Below are positions 41,101 to 52,352 of a stretch of 64,000 nucleotides of DNA, one piece after another (position 1 is the stretch's first letter; each line of letters begins with the position of its first letter). The position numbers and the translations under genes are program-made. Under the pieces are notes generated by a model. That model ran no database searches. It was not told where the DNA came from and saw nothing but the letters and a program-made list of their open reading frames with translations. The DNA is from Eledone cirrhosa (taxonomy: Eukaryota): the NCBI GenBank assembly GCA_964016885.1, contig OZ024764.1:19096001-19160000 (forward strand), in the 5' to 3' direction.

Positions 41101-41750
41101 GTCAGTAAAGGAGACAGCAGTGGTTCTAACGGTGAGACTAAAGCGGGAGTTGGGTAGTGAGCTAACAGTTGTAGGGGTGGTGTGGTTGGCCGGGTTGAAT
41201 TCGTTCGGAATCTGCCGTGAAGGAGAGGAGGGGTAGGTGGGGTCAAGTTAGCTCCTCTCGTGCGTGCTGCAGTTGGTGGAGAATGAGAGGTCGAAGGCTG
41301 ACCGGTTGTCACATTAGTCGTTCCACCAAGCAGGTCTCTTGGTCGTTCAACGCATGCCACCGCCACCTAGAGTGGACTAGGTTAAAGTGGTGGCAACTTT
41401 AGCAATCGGCAATCGCCGGTGATAGTTCGGTCGAAACATCGGGCCACCGGCGGGTTGAACGAATACCTAGGTGGGCTGTGCGCGAGGAGGAAGTAAGGGT
41501 TGAGCAAGAGGAGGGATGGAAGGTGGAGAAGGAGTGAGAAGATGATGAGTGCGTAGAGAGGAGTGTGGTCATGTGAGAGGCAGGTAAATACAGTGGGAGA
41601 GAAAGAGCACTGAACATGCAAAGAGAAGGAAAATAAAAACGCTAGAAATACAAAATCTAAGGCTGTGAGTTTGTGTAATAGTTCGCATGGGTAAATCCGC
41701 AGTAAAAACCGAAATTGTGAGTTTGTGTAAAAAAAAAAAGAAAAAAAAAA
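38150..41750 (-). mobile_element. Degenerate CRE-clade non-LTR retrotransposon (RT, Zn-knuckle, restriction-like endonuclease), copy A only
   Basis: Minus-strand motifs KPNGDLRRIAVGCTPRRL (near 40150), GVQQGDP (near 39960), W*LDD (near 39870), HGLSC..RH (near 38970), KRPDSLTLCPWSRGRCLIWDVTV..AE..K..KY..PVAFETFG. Copy B lacks 38146-42257. Confidence 0.85.
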
Positions 41751-42699
41751 ACATGGGCAAGACTTAAGTAAAATCAAAACCTGAATGATAGTGATACAAG
41801 ATGTTTACAATTACGGAGTGATTATATTACTGGACCTGAATTCTATCAAGTGGTCAAAGCTTCTAATTCTGTGAAATAGAATGGAAGTATGGATTGACCT
41901 TTCAGTCACACCTGACTATAAATAGATTCAGGTTATTTCAAGAGGGAGATGGGATGGTTCCTCGCCATTTATAATTATTTATATTTTATATTTGGGGGGT
42001 TTGATTTTGAAAAATTGTAAGTGTATGTTAAGGAGGAAAGTATAATTGTGTGATACAATTGCTCCAGGTTGGTTCCCTACGTTGGTGCCACAAACAATTC
42101 TTTTTTCCTCCGAACATCTGTTATTCCTCTCCGTAGATTATAAATGGTAAAATCCGTTCGATCCAACCGAATGGAAAATCCAGTTCCTTGAAGAATATTT
42201 TGAGTTGTCTCGGACAAAGCAAAAAAAGGGGAAAGTTGAAAATCTTTACCTCGTTTCGTGGTGAATTGCCATCTCCCACTGTGTTTTTCTTTCCTTTATC
42301 ATTATTGTTCAATAAATTATATTATTATACACAGTTTAGACAATATATTTGTAATGTCTTTCTCAAGGAATTGCCAGCAATTTATAATGTTATTTACACA
42401 CGTTATTTATGTATATATTTAAAACATATTTACAACGTTATTCTACTGTAAATTTATATAATTGTAATAAAATATATTAATTATATCATCACATAATATA
42501 AAAACGACCTTTAGAATATTTAAATATTTAGTTTTGTTAATTTATTTTTCAGCAACAACAAAAGTTTTCACTTTAATTAATTAGAGGTAGGTAAAATATA
42601 GATAATTACGATAACATTTTATATTTCCAGTAATGAAACAAACAAGAAAATATATATTTGTGATGTGAAAAGTGAGCTTAAATCTACAATATTAATAGA

Positions 42700-42845
42700 C
42701 ATAATACTTACATTATAGTCTCAGGTGTTTAGTATTTACAGAAATGTTTTCTAAATGATGTTGTAGGAAAACTAACACGTGGACAGGAAGTCGACAACTG
42801 CACCACTGCGCATGCTTCAATGTTTTTTTTGTGACGTAAAATATT
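42700..42845 (-). promoter_or_regulatory. Putative ZNF promoter and non-coding first exon with splice donor (copy A)
   Basis: Clustered CACGTG, CAGGAAGT (ETS-like), TGCGCATGC (NRF1-like) and TGACGTAA (CRE-like) motifs in AT-rich DNA; minus-strand donor aat|gtaagta near 42711; conserved in copy B. Confidence 0.55.
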
Positions 42846-43184
42846 TTTACCGAATTAAATTATGTCAAGTTTGTAATAAAAAAATGAAGTTGAAAACAGT
42901 AAATGTAATTAAAATAGAGAAAGTAAGGTGTTGGTGGTGAAGAATGGACGGTAGACGTTTCACCTCAGTCTAGGTAGTGTATTTTACCTGTGTCACTCGG
43001 ACAATAGCCAGCTATGACCACTACACCAACCACTCTCTCCTTCAGGTGGTGTCCACTTTCGTGAGTCTGTAGAATAACAGGGCAGTTGGAAGACAGAAGA
43101 CAGCAGAGGAGGTCTTGACTTGAAAAGAGTATCACTTGGTACCTCGATATAACCTGTTGGTAGAAATAGTAGGGTGCTGGATCA

Positions 43185-43420
43185 CTCGAGTACCCTGGCA
43201 GAGATCACCGGGTATCTCGGTAAGATTGGGTCATATGGAGGATAAGTTGCCAGAACAGCTAAGTACCCTGACAGAGATCACCGTGTATCTCGTTAAGATC
43301 GGGTCATATGGAGGCTAAACCGCCAGAACAGCTAAGTACCCTCACAAGAGTCATCGGGTATCTCAGTAAAGCCAGCCGCCAACAGTGACAACAACTTCGT
43401 TGTCAGCAGCCCAGCTTCTC
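43185..43420 (-). mobile_element. CRE-like C-terminal relic with about 75-bp tandem duplication
   Basis: The reverse complement reads GLLTTKLLSLLAAGFTEIPDDSCEGT*LF, similar to GPLTARFLSSLAARLIEVTGE..EGVWLF; the segment agtaccctg.cagagatcaccg..tatctcg is repeated. Confidence 0.55.
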
Positions 43421-43667
43421 AAACATCACAGACTGGAATAAATACTTTGCCGATAATTACTGGTAGTTTAACTTTTATTTCGTTCGTCTACGGAAGCAGT
43501 GACCCTCACTTTTACTACAGCATGTAGGATGTGGGAGGGAGACAAAAACATCACTAACTGGGGTCTCACAAATGTGACAGTTAGTTTTGAAAATATATAT
43601 ACAAGATACAAGATAAATGACTAGACTGAAATATATTTGATAGGGAATAAAGAGTAGAATATTCTAG

Positions 43668-43818
43668 TCTGTGGTGTTGGAGAAGTTTGGAGGAGATAGG
43701 TCCCTGACAACGAGGTTCTTGTTATCGTTGGCAGCTCTCCTTACCGAGGTGTCAGGTGATACATATGAGGGTGTTTGGTAGTTCCAACATCTTAGCCTTG
43801 CTATCACTCGAGGTAAGA
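43668..43818 (+). mobile_element. CRE-like C-terminal relic
   Basis: Translates as VVLEKFGGDRSLTTRFLLSLAALLTEVSGDTYEGVW*FQHLSLAITRG. Confidence 0.7.
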
Positions 43819-44969
43819 CTGTCTCAGAAAGTATTAGAGGGAGACTCCGGCACCCCATGTGATGTGAGACTGGTTGACAGAGTGTTGACTTAATATTTTC
43901 ATTTGTTGTGATTCTATGTGAAATATATCTCTATGTAAGTAACTTGGTTCCGTGAATCATTGTGAATCTCGTAAATACTTAAACAGAAATCTACTTAGGA
44001 CACAAAATAAAGCAGAGTCCATTGTACAAAACATATAAAGAACGTATATCAAAAAGAAGGGGGGGTGTAACAAGAGTTGTCTCCCCTGACATGTGTTTTA
44101 TAGTAGTGTACGTTTGTGTGTTTCTCTATCTCTCTATATATATATATAAATATATATTTTTTTTACGATCGACTTTTCGTCAAATCGGACCGAGGAAACA
44201 ATGTTTCCGTTGGTCTTTCCAATTGCTAATATTATCTATCGGTCGCAACTCCAGAAGACGGCAAAAGACTGTCTCATACTTCTTTGAAAGATGTTTTCAA
44301 ACAAACACGTGTACAAAATCCTATTGTGTTAAAAGTAATAATTACGTATGAAACAAATTATTCATTAAAGTAATTAGCAAATACGTTTTATATATGGTGT
44401 CTAGCAGAGTGACCCACTCGCATCACTCCTATTGGTGCTGACAGTTGACAACATGGTCTAGTTACCCCTGTCTGGTACCTAGATGACACAACCCTGGGTG
44501 GCCCAGCTATGACAGGTTAAGGCTTCTCTATACCCCAGTATATTACAGTCCAACATAACTGGGATGACATCAATTGTAGGTCTCTTCACACTGGTCACCA
44601 TCGAGACCTCAGAAGTACTTGGACCCCGTACTGCCAAGCTCCTCTGTAAGATCAGAACGTCGGTGGCCCTTATGAGGAGAGAGACCCTCGAGGTTGATGT
44701 AGCTGTTCCATGAGTGACACTGTCCATCGTCCAGGAGGGGGTGGGATACTTCTGTAGTCTTGTCCACAGGGCACAACACTTCTGCCCCCTTGACCTAGAC
44801 CCAAAGCTCAATTTTTGCTTTTTGCTGAATTGTGGGTACTTTTGTATTTAGTTCTTTTGTGACCCTTCTTTGAAATGTAGTCTTTGTGTCATGTGGTGAC
44901 CTCCTGGTAGTTAATGTAGCAGAAGTCATTGAAGGACATGCTGCCCTCCCTAGTGTTGGTAACCTACAT

Positions 44970-46390
44970 CAGACACATCAAACATGCGGCCCTTTGCAAG
45001 CAAAGCTGCGGCCCACACAAAGGTTTTTACAGTGCGAGCATGTTTCATTTTCGTAATATAAAATTTAAAAATTTTTCGATACAATTATTTTTTTGGTGCA
45101 ATTTTTGTCAACTACTTTTAACTTTCTTTCAAAATTTCAAAAGTTTTTGTTTTTGAAATGGTTAGTGCTCCTCCAGCTAAGAGAAAAAGGAAATTGAACG
45201 AAGAAGGGCAAGTGTTTCAAGAAAAGTGGGAATTACAGTATTTTTGCCCAACGGTGAACAGAAAGATACACTGTTTAATTTGCAACAACTACATCGCCAC
45301 GACAAAAGAGTACAATTTAAAAAGACATTATGAAACAAACCCCCGATCTTACGATAAATATGAAGGCCCAATGTGTGTTTCAAGACTCAAAGAATTGAAG
45401 TCTAACTTCACACAGCAATAGACCTGTTTTATGTTAATTCAGGAAGAGAATGTCACTTCCGTTACTGCAAGCTATGAACTCAGTCAAATGATTGCCATGA
45501 GTGGGAAATCTTACAGTGAAGGAGATTTTGTAAAGCAATGTCTTGTAAAAACAGCTGAAATTGTCCAGAGAAAGCAGAGTTATTCAAAGACATTTCATTA
45601 ACCAGGAACACTGTTGCTGAACAGATTAATGAATTGTCAGGTGATCTGAAACAAGAGTTAAAGGCTGTATCATCAAGGTTTGAACATGTTTCTATTGCTA
45701 TTGAAGAGACTGGCTCCAACATCTGGCTTTTGTTGTGGATATTACTGCACAATTAACTGATCTTAATTTGAAATTACAAGGTAAAAACAAACCCATCACT
45801 CAGTTGTATGATGACATCACGTTCTTCATTAGAAAACTTAGCTTATGGAAGTCTCCATTGTCAGATGAAAATGTAATTCATTTTCTTATGTGCAAAGAGC
45901 TGAAAATCACTGCCCATACTGAGTCTGTACTTAGCTTAACAAAAACTTCTCAGAGAACAAGGCTGACAGATCAACACTTGTCATTTCTGATTAAAGTTGG
46001 AACTGTACAGACATTTCAGCCAGACATACCAAAAATTGTCAACAGAAAGAAGTGTCAAGCCTCAGGACAAAAGACTAAAAATGGTTGAATAGTAGCAAAT
46101 AAATGTTCAGTTTTCAACTGTTGTTATTTGTGTACAATGTATTTGTTGCTGTTACAATCTGCAAGTATGTGTTGACATGTTAAATTTTAGTTTTTTGTCA
46201 AACTACTTCATTACTTTGTATTCATGAATGCTGCTAAAACATTTGTATGTACATTGTATGTTTCTAAATTTAAGTAACAAATCTTTCTGCAATATATTTT
46301 ATTAAATGACAAATTAGTTGTAGTGTGCAACCCTCAGACAACACATGTGACCTATGTGGCCCTTGGGGAACCCTCAATTTGTTATGTCTC
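44970..46390 (+). mobile_element. Internally deleted hAT transposon (Buster/SPIN group, GTF2IRD2-like transposase pseudogene)
   Basis: 8-bp TSD acctacat at 44962-44969 and 46391-46398 (central TA); degenerate TIRs cagacacatcaaa / tttgttatgtctc; ORF pieces KRKLNEEGQVFQEKWELQYF..CLIC..EYNLKRHY, LNLKLQGK, RTRLTDQHL. Confidence 0.9.
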
Positions 46391-46689
46391 ACCTACATGA
46401 TAAACACACCCAACACAGGCTGTAATGTGGTTGGTCATGTGAAGGACATCTAGCTATAGAAAGCTTGCCCAACAATAGTGTCGGTAAACCCTTCAATCAT
46501 GACAAAGACATGACAACCTTTTCTGTGCACTCAGTAGCAAATGAGACCTTATGTAAATAAGTCTCAGATCCTTGGTCTGTCTGGGAGATCAATAGCCTCA
46601 CTTCAGTACTTACTTGGTTGAAGTAGACTCATTAAACCCTTGCTAGCAGGGAAATCTGATGTTGATTATGTAACCTCAACCTCTTCTTA

Positions 46690-47200
46690 TTAACCCACTT
46701 ATTCCAGAGAGGGTCTTGGGGGCAGAATCCTCAAACACTCCCTTCAACAGGTCCTGTCAGAAGCAACCCACTCCAACTGATCTGGCTGGATCTCCCAGAG
46801 AGACCAGCCAAGCTCATGGATGTTATGTGACCATCTTGCTCAAGTCTACCCCTGGGTCTCCTGCCGGTTAGTTTAGCCTGTAAAATCTATCCAGTGATTC
46901 TTTCCTCAGACATTCTAACCACATGGCCATAGTATTGCAGCTGTGATCTCTCAATTCGGAGAAGTAACAGCTCCACCTGGAGTGACTCTCTGATCTCAGA
47001 GCTATGTACTTTATTGAGAAAAGTTCCTTCGAAGACCCTTCAGAGGAATCCCATATCTGCCATTTGTATTCCCAATCATATTCTTTTGGTCATTACCCAA
47101 GATATGTGACCATAGGTAAGGGTTGGCACAAAAACCTAATTGAAGACAGCAAGTTTGGCTTTTATGCCTACCTCCATTCTTCTGATTAGTGAATATTGGA
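46690..47200 (-). mobile_element. Old RTE-type LINE C-terminal fragment
   Basis: The reverse complement gives QLQYYGHVVRMSEER..GRRPRGR-like sequence. Confidence 0.6.
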
Positions 47201-47224
47201 GCTGGTGCATTACTGATATTTCAC

Positions 47225-47564
47225 TGCCCACACTGCAAAGTGGTTGGGTAGGAGATATGACAAAAAGCACCCAACCAACACTGTAGAGAACACACAGTCA
47301 ACATTATAAGGTGGTCATGTAGGTGATATGATAAAAAGAAACCAGCCCACACTGCAAAGAACACACAGTCAACATTATAAGGTGGTCATGTAGGTGATAT
47401 GACAAAAAGAAACCAGCCCACACTGCAAAGAACACACAGCCAACACTATAAGGTGGTCATGTAGGTGATATGACAAAAAGAAACCAGCCCACACTGCAAA
47501 GAACACACAGCCAACACTATAAGGTGGTCATGTAGGTGATATGACAAAAAGAAGCCAGCCCACA
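47225..47564. repeat. 71-bp tandem repeat (about 4.5 units) related to the 48-bp satellite
   Basis: gaacacacag at 47288, 47359, 47430 and 47501; the unit contains gtggtcatgtaggtg..gacaaaaag..ccagcccacact. Confidence 0.93.
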
Positions 47565-48306
47565 CTATAAAGTGGTCATGTAGGTGTCACAACAAAAAAC
47601 ACCCAGTCCACACTGTAAAGTGGTCATGTAGGTGTCACAACAAAAAGTACCCAGTCTACACTGTAAAATGGTCATGTAGGTGTCACAACAAAAAGTACCC
47701 AGTCCACACTGTAAAGTGGTCATGTAGGTGTCACAACAAAAAGTACCCAGTCCACACTGTAAAGTGGTCATGTAGGTGTCACAACAAAAAGTACCCAGTC
47801 CACACTGTAAAGTGGTCATGTAGGTGTCACAACAAAAAGTACCCAGTCCACACTGTAAAGTGGTCATGTAGGTGTCACAACAAAAAACACCCAGTCCACA
47901 CTGTAAAGTGGTCATGTAGGGGTCACAACAAAAAGTACCCAGTCTACACTGTAAAGTGGTCATGTAGGTGTCACAACAAAAAGTATCCAGTCTACACTGT
48001 AAAGTAGTCATGTAGGTGTCACAACAAAAAACACCCAGTCCACACTGTAAAGTGGTCATGTAGGTGTCACAACAAAAAGTACCCAGTCTACACTGTAAAA
48101 TGGTCATGTAGGTATCACAACAAAAAGTACCCAGTCCACACTGTAAAGTGGTCATGTAGGTGTCACAACAAAAAGTACCCAGTCTATACTGTAAAGTGGT
48201 CATGTAGGCGTCACAACAAAAAGTACCCAGTCCACACTGTAAAGTGGTCATGTAGGTGTCACAACAAAAAGTACCCAGTCTATACTGTAAAGTGGTCATG
48301 TAGGTC
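47565..48306. repeat. Second array of the 48-bp satellite (about 15 monomers)
   Basis: Same consensus and orientation as 1-28329. Confidence 0.98.
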
Positions 48307-51022
48307 ATCATCATCACCGTTTTACGTCCGTTCTTCCACGCTAGCATGGGTTAGACGGGTTGTCCTGTTGTGGGCAGTGTCTGGTCGGCTGACCATGGCT
48401 TGCTCATACAGGAACTGATCTGGCTTGATTTCTACAGCTGGATGCCCTTCCTAACACCAACCTCATTTACGTGTGGCGCCTACACGTCCACTTTACAGTG
48501 TGGGCTGGGTGCTTTTTTGCCATGGCACCTCCACGACCACCTTGCGGTGGGGGGGTGTGGGCGCATATTGTCTATATGCTTCAGCTTGTACCCATGGAAG
48601 GTCGGGTACTCTGTATTACTGCGTGACGCCAGAAGTCACGGTCGTGTGTCATTGCCTTTGAGAGGTGTAATTGGGTAAGGTCGGCTTTTATCACCTCATC
48701 CCAGGTCATCTTGGGTCTCCCCACTCCGCGGTTTCCATCGACTTCTAGTGCTCTGCACCTTTTTATGCAGCTGTCATCCTTCATACGCATCACATGGCCA
48801 TACCAGCACAACCGCCTCTCCTGCACACAGCATTTGATTCCTCTTATGCTCAGTCTCTCTCTCAATTCATTTATGCTTTGTCGTTCACGTATATTACTGT
48901 TACACATCCATCGGAGCATGCAGGCTTCCTTTCTCTCTAATCTACGTAAATCTTCCACCTTCAGCGCCCAGGTCTCACTACCATGCAACATTGCTGTTCG
49001 GATACACGCATCATACAGTCTGCCTTTCATTCTGAGGGAGAAGCCTTTTGCAGCTAGCAGTGCTAGTAGTTCCCTAAACTTCTTCCATCCCGTTCTTACC
49101 CTAGTTATTGTACTTTCTGAACACCCACCTCCGCTGCTAATTTGGTCACCTAGGTAGCAGAAGCTGTCTACTCTTTCTACAGAGCCCTCCCAGAGATTGG
49201 TGGTACTTGTTTCCTGTGGCTGTTTGCTGTCTTAGCACAGCTGCTGCATGTGAATCCTACATTCTTAATTAAGCTTCCTGAGATCCCGCTACATCTCGTG
49301 TACCGATTGTTTGCATTTGGGGCAGAGAATGGAGTTCCTACCTACACCTTTCCTACATACTGAGCAAGGCCATTTCCCTGAGGGGATCTGGGTTCTGTTT
49401 TCTTGTCTACTTACAAGGACCTTAGTCTTTGAGACCCTTTCTTTCTAGTCCCTGCTTCCAAGTTTGGAATTTATTCTCTAGTTCTACCATAGATTCAGCT
49501 ATGAGTGCGAGGTCATCAGCATACAGGAGTGCCCATGGGCAACTGGTCTTAAACTCCTCCGTTATTGCCTGCAGGACTATGATGAACAGGAGGGGGCTAA
49601 GAACAGAGCCCTGGTGGACCCCAACCTGTATGCTAAATTCCTCGCTATACTCATTGCTAATCCTAACTTTGCTGACTGCTCCCCTATACATGGCTTGTAC
49701 CACTTTCACAAGCCATTCATCTACTCCTAGTTTTCTAAGAGCCCACCAGATTACAGCACATGGAACTCTGTCAAAGGCTTTCTCAAGGTTGACAAATGCC
49801 AAGTAGAGTGGCTTACTTTTAGCTAGGTACTTTTCCTGTAATTGCCTCACAAGGAAGAGGGCATCAGTGGTGCCTCTTCCTGGTACAAACCCAAATTGCA
49901 TCTCGTCTATTTTCACCCGGTCCCTAATCAACTGTGCTATAACTCTTTCTATTACTTTCATGACCTGGTCCATCAACTTTATACCTCTATAGTTTCCTCT
50001 ATCTAGTGCATCGCCTTTACCTTTGTAGCAGTTGACAATGATGCTACTGCACCAATCTTTTGGTATGGCACCTTCTAGTATTACCTGGTTAACAATACAT
50101 GTGGTTATAGTGTGACCTACAGACCCAGATGCCTTCAGCATCTCGGCAGATATACCTGATGGACCGGTTGCCTTCCCCATCTTCATATCTTTGATTGCCT
50201 TACTTACTACGCTGCTGCTGGTCCCTCTATAGAGTCTACTTGGGGTAGGGTCTCTTCTTCCCATGCATTCTCCTCATTTAGTAATCTATCATAATGACTC
50301 TTCCATGCATCTTTCTTCTCAGCACTTGTGAGGGCAAGCTCACCTTTATCATTCCAGATACACTTCTCTCCAATGACATCACAACTATCTCTGACACACT
50401 GCCTCGCAATCTTGAATACCTCCTGTTTCTGGTCCTCACGTTGCAAAACATGCTTGAATTTTCTATCCTCTGCTTCCATCTTGGTCTCTATGTGATGTAC
50501 CCTGCTCCCCCCGTTCTTCCATTCTTTCCATGCCTGTCTCTTGGCCTTAACTGCTTCATCTACCTTGTTCCACCACTAAGTCACTCTCCTCCTGCTTGAG
50601 GTCTTACTCCAGCCACAGACCTCATCCGTCGCCTCTAGTAAATTATTTTTTAGGAACTCCCAGTTCTCTTCTACATTAAATGTCTCTATCTGTTCTTCTT
50701 TACTGTCGTAGGCGTTGAGTAAAATATCTTTAAATCTGTTACTGGTTGAGGGGTCTTTCAGCTTCCAGATCTTTCTTCTCCAGGTTGGCCTCTGTTTCCG
50801 GGTTCATCTAGTTCTAACTGTGAGGTCGCTGACAACTAAGCTATGTTGGGAGGTACATTCCTCACTAGGGAAGGCCTTTGTGTTTACGACCATCCATCTG
50901 TCACGTCCTCTGATGAGGATAAAATCTAACTGACTAGAGTGCTCCCCTGATCTATAGGTGATCAGGTGGTTGTCGGGTTTTTTAAAGTTTGTGTTACATA
51001 TTGACATGTCATTGGCGTCACA
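48307..51022 (-). mobile_element. 5'-truncated RTE LINE (end of AP endonuclease, RT, C-terminus, 3' UTR, (GAT)n tail), frameshifted
   Basis: ICNTNFKKPDNHLITYRSG..LDFIL; KGKGDALDRGNYRGIKL, QFGFVPGRGTTDA, LEKAFDRVP, GVHQGSVLSPLLF, YADDL; catcatcatcacc tail at 48307. Confidence 0.96.
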
Positions 51023-51232
51023 GGTGTCACAACAAAAAGCACCCAGCCCACACTGTAAAGTGGTCCTGATGGTGAGATGGTAAAATGCACCCAGTACTCA
51101 ATGTAAATAAGGTTGGTGCTAGGAAGGGCATCCAGCTGTAGAAACCAAACCAAAATTTGTTCAGTAAGAGCAACACGTTATCACCTGACCTGGCTTTGCT
51201 TACAACAGGATAACTCGTCTAACCCATGCCAT
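51023..51232 (+). mobile_element. Terminal part of the RTE/SINE 3' UTR that hosts the 71/48-bp arrays
   Basis: ggtgtcacaacaaaaagcacccagcccacactgtaaagtggtc continues the interrupted monomer, then ggttggtgctaggaagggcatccagctgtagaaa..aacccatgc. Confidence 0.8.
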
Positions 51233-51429
51233 ATGAAATTAGAGGTTCTTCTCTAAAAATATATAATTATCTATTATATTAATGTTAATGATAAAGAATA
51301 AATAATATAATAAATATACCACCATAGGTGCTGAGGTGGCTAGCTGCTGGTGTGAGCCTCGCGAGATGGAATGGCTCTTCCAGCACATCTAGAACAACAT
51401 GACCCTCTAATATCTAGTATTTAGTAACA

Positions 51430-52352
51430 AACTAGACCACCCGGGACCTGTTGGGTCACGTTCCCTTAAAACTATTTTTTAAAAATCATATTAACATAGT
51501 TTTTAAATAGTTAAAATATACACATACGTATATATATATATATCTACAGTCAGTAGGCATCTCTATCAAAACACACCCCCGTCCCACCACCTCCACCCCA
51601 TCCACACCGCCCCTTTCAATGTAAAGTTATTTTGGTCCCACAACATCCAGGCCGAAACAAATGAGATCGTGTAGGTGTCACGACAAAAAAACACAGTCCA
51701 CGCTGTAAATGTGGCCGTGTAGGCAACACGGTAAAAACCTCCCAGCCCCACACTGTAAATGTGGTTGGTGTTAGGAAGGGCATCCAGCTGTAGAAAACCC
51801 GCCAGACAGTCCACGCTGCAATGTGGCCGTGTAGGCAACACGGTAAAAACCTCCCAGCCCCACACTGTAAATGTGGTTGGTGTTAGGAAGGGCATCCAGC
51901 TGTAGAAAACCTGCCAGACAGTCCACACTGTAATGTGGCCGTGTAGGTAACACGGTAAAAACCTCCCAGCCCCACACTGTAAATGTGGTTGGTGTTAGGA
52001 AGGGCATCCAGCTGTAGAAAACCCGCCAGACAGTCCTATGCGAGCAAGACAACCACTCTTGCCTCAAGTGGGAAAACCCCCGTCCAAACCCATGCAAGCG
52101 TGGAACACGGACGCTAAACCTGATGATGATGATGATGATGATGATATATATATATATATACACACACACATATTTTATTAAACACCACCACCGGCTCCCT
52201 TTCTCTCACAACCACTATCTCTTTCTATCCCTATATTTATCAAGGTACACAGAAAACCCTGTATCTTGGGAACCTGTGCTCCAATTTATACAAAACTTGT
52301 TTCATTCCTTTCAAAGTATTTCCCCATTATGCACTGTTTTAGCTGTATTAAA
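51430..52352 (-). mobile_element. Helitron-like element (paralogue of 28463-28856), interrupted in its (TA)n tract
   Basis: Same sequence as copy A, with an insertion at about 51545-52145. Confidence 0.65.
51545..52145 (+). mobile_element. RTE-related 3' fragment/SINE with three 112-113-bp internal repeats and a (GAT)n tail, copy B only
   Basis: Repeat starts at 51698, 51811 and 51923; contains ggttggtgttaggaagggcatccagctgtagaaa; ends aacccatgcaagcgtggaa..gatgatgat; flanked by (TA)n. Confidence 0.85.

Larger units (their letters stand above)
28361..42885. repeat. Segmental duplication copy A (ZNF gene unit)
   Basis: Colinear and near-identical to 51328-63402 from gtgctgaggtggctagctgctgg to cgaattaaattatgt..ttgtaataaaaa, apart from copy-specific insertions. 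Confidence 0.95.

Noticed and set aside
42551-42570. 20-bp agcaacaacaaaagttttca shared between intron 1 and the ZNF 3' end (32895-32914)
   Set aside because: The match is real but short and low-complexity, and I could not extend it or assign a role.
44400-44811. Possible degenerate LTR-element protease region on the minus strand
   Set aside because: GC-richer block, but no intact D-T/S-G motif; it cannot be supported without a profile search.
28734-50933. Numerous short ORFs antisense to LINE fragments (e.g. 28734-29327, 38368-38679, 48711-49157, 49429-49806)
   Set aside because: Shadow frames of RTE/CRE coding sequence with no independent protein features.
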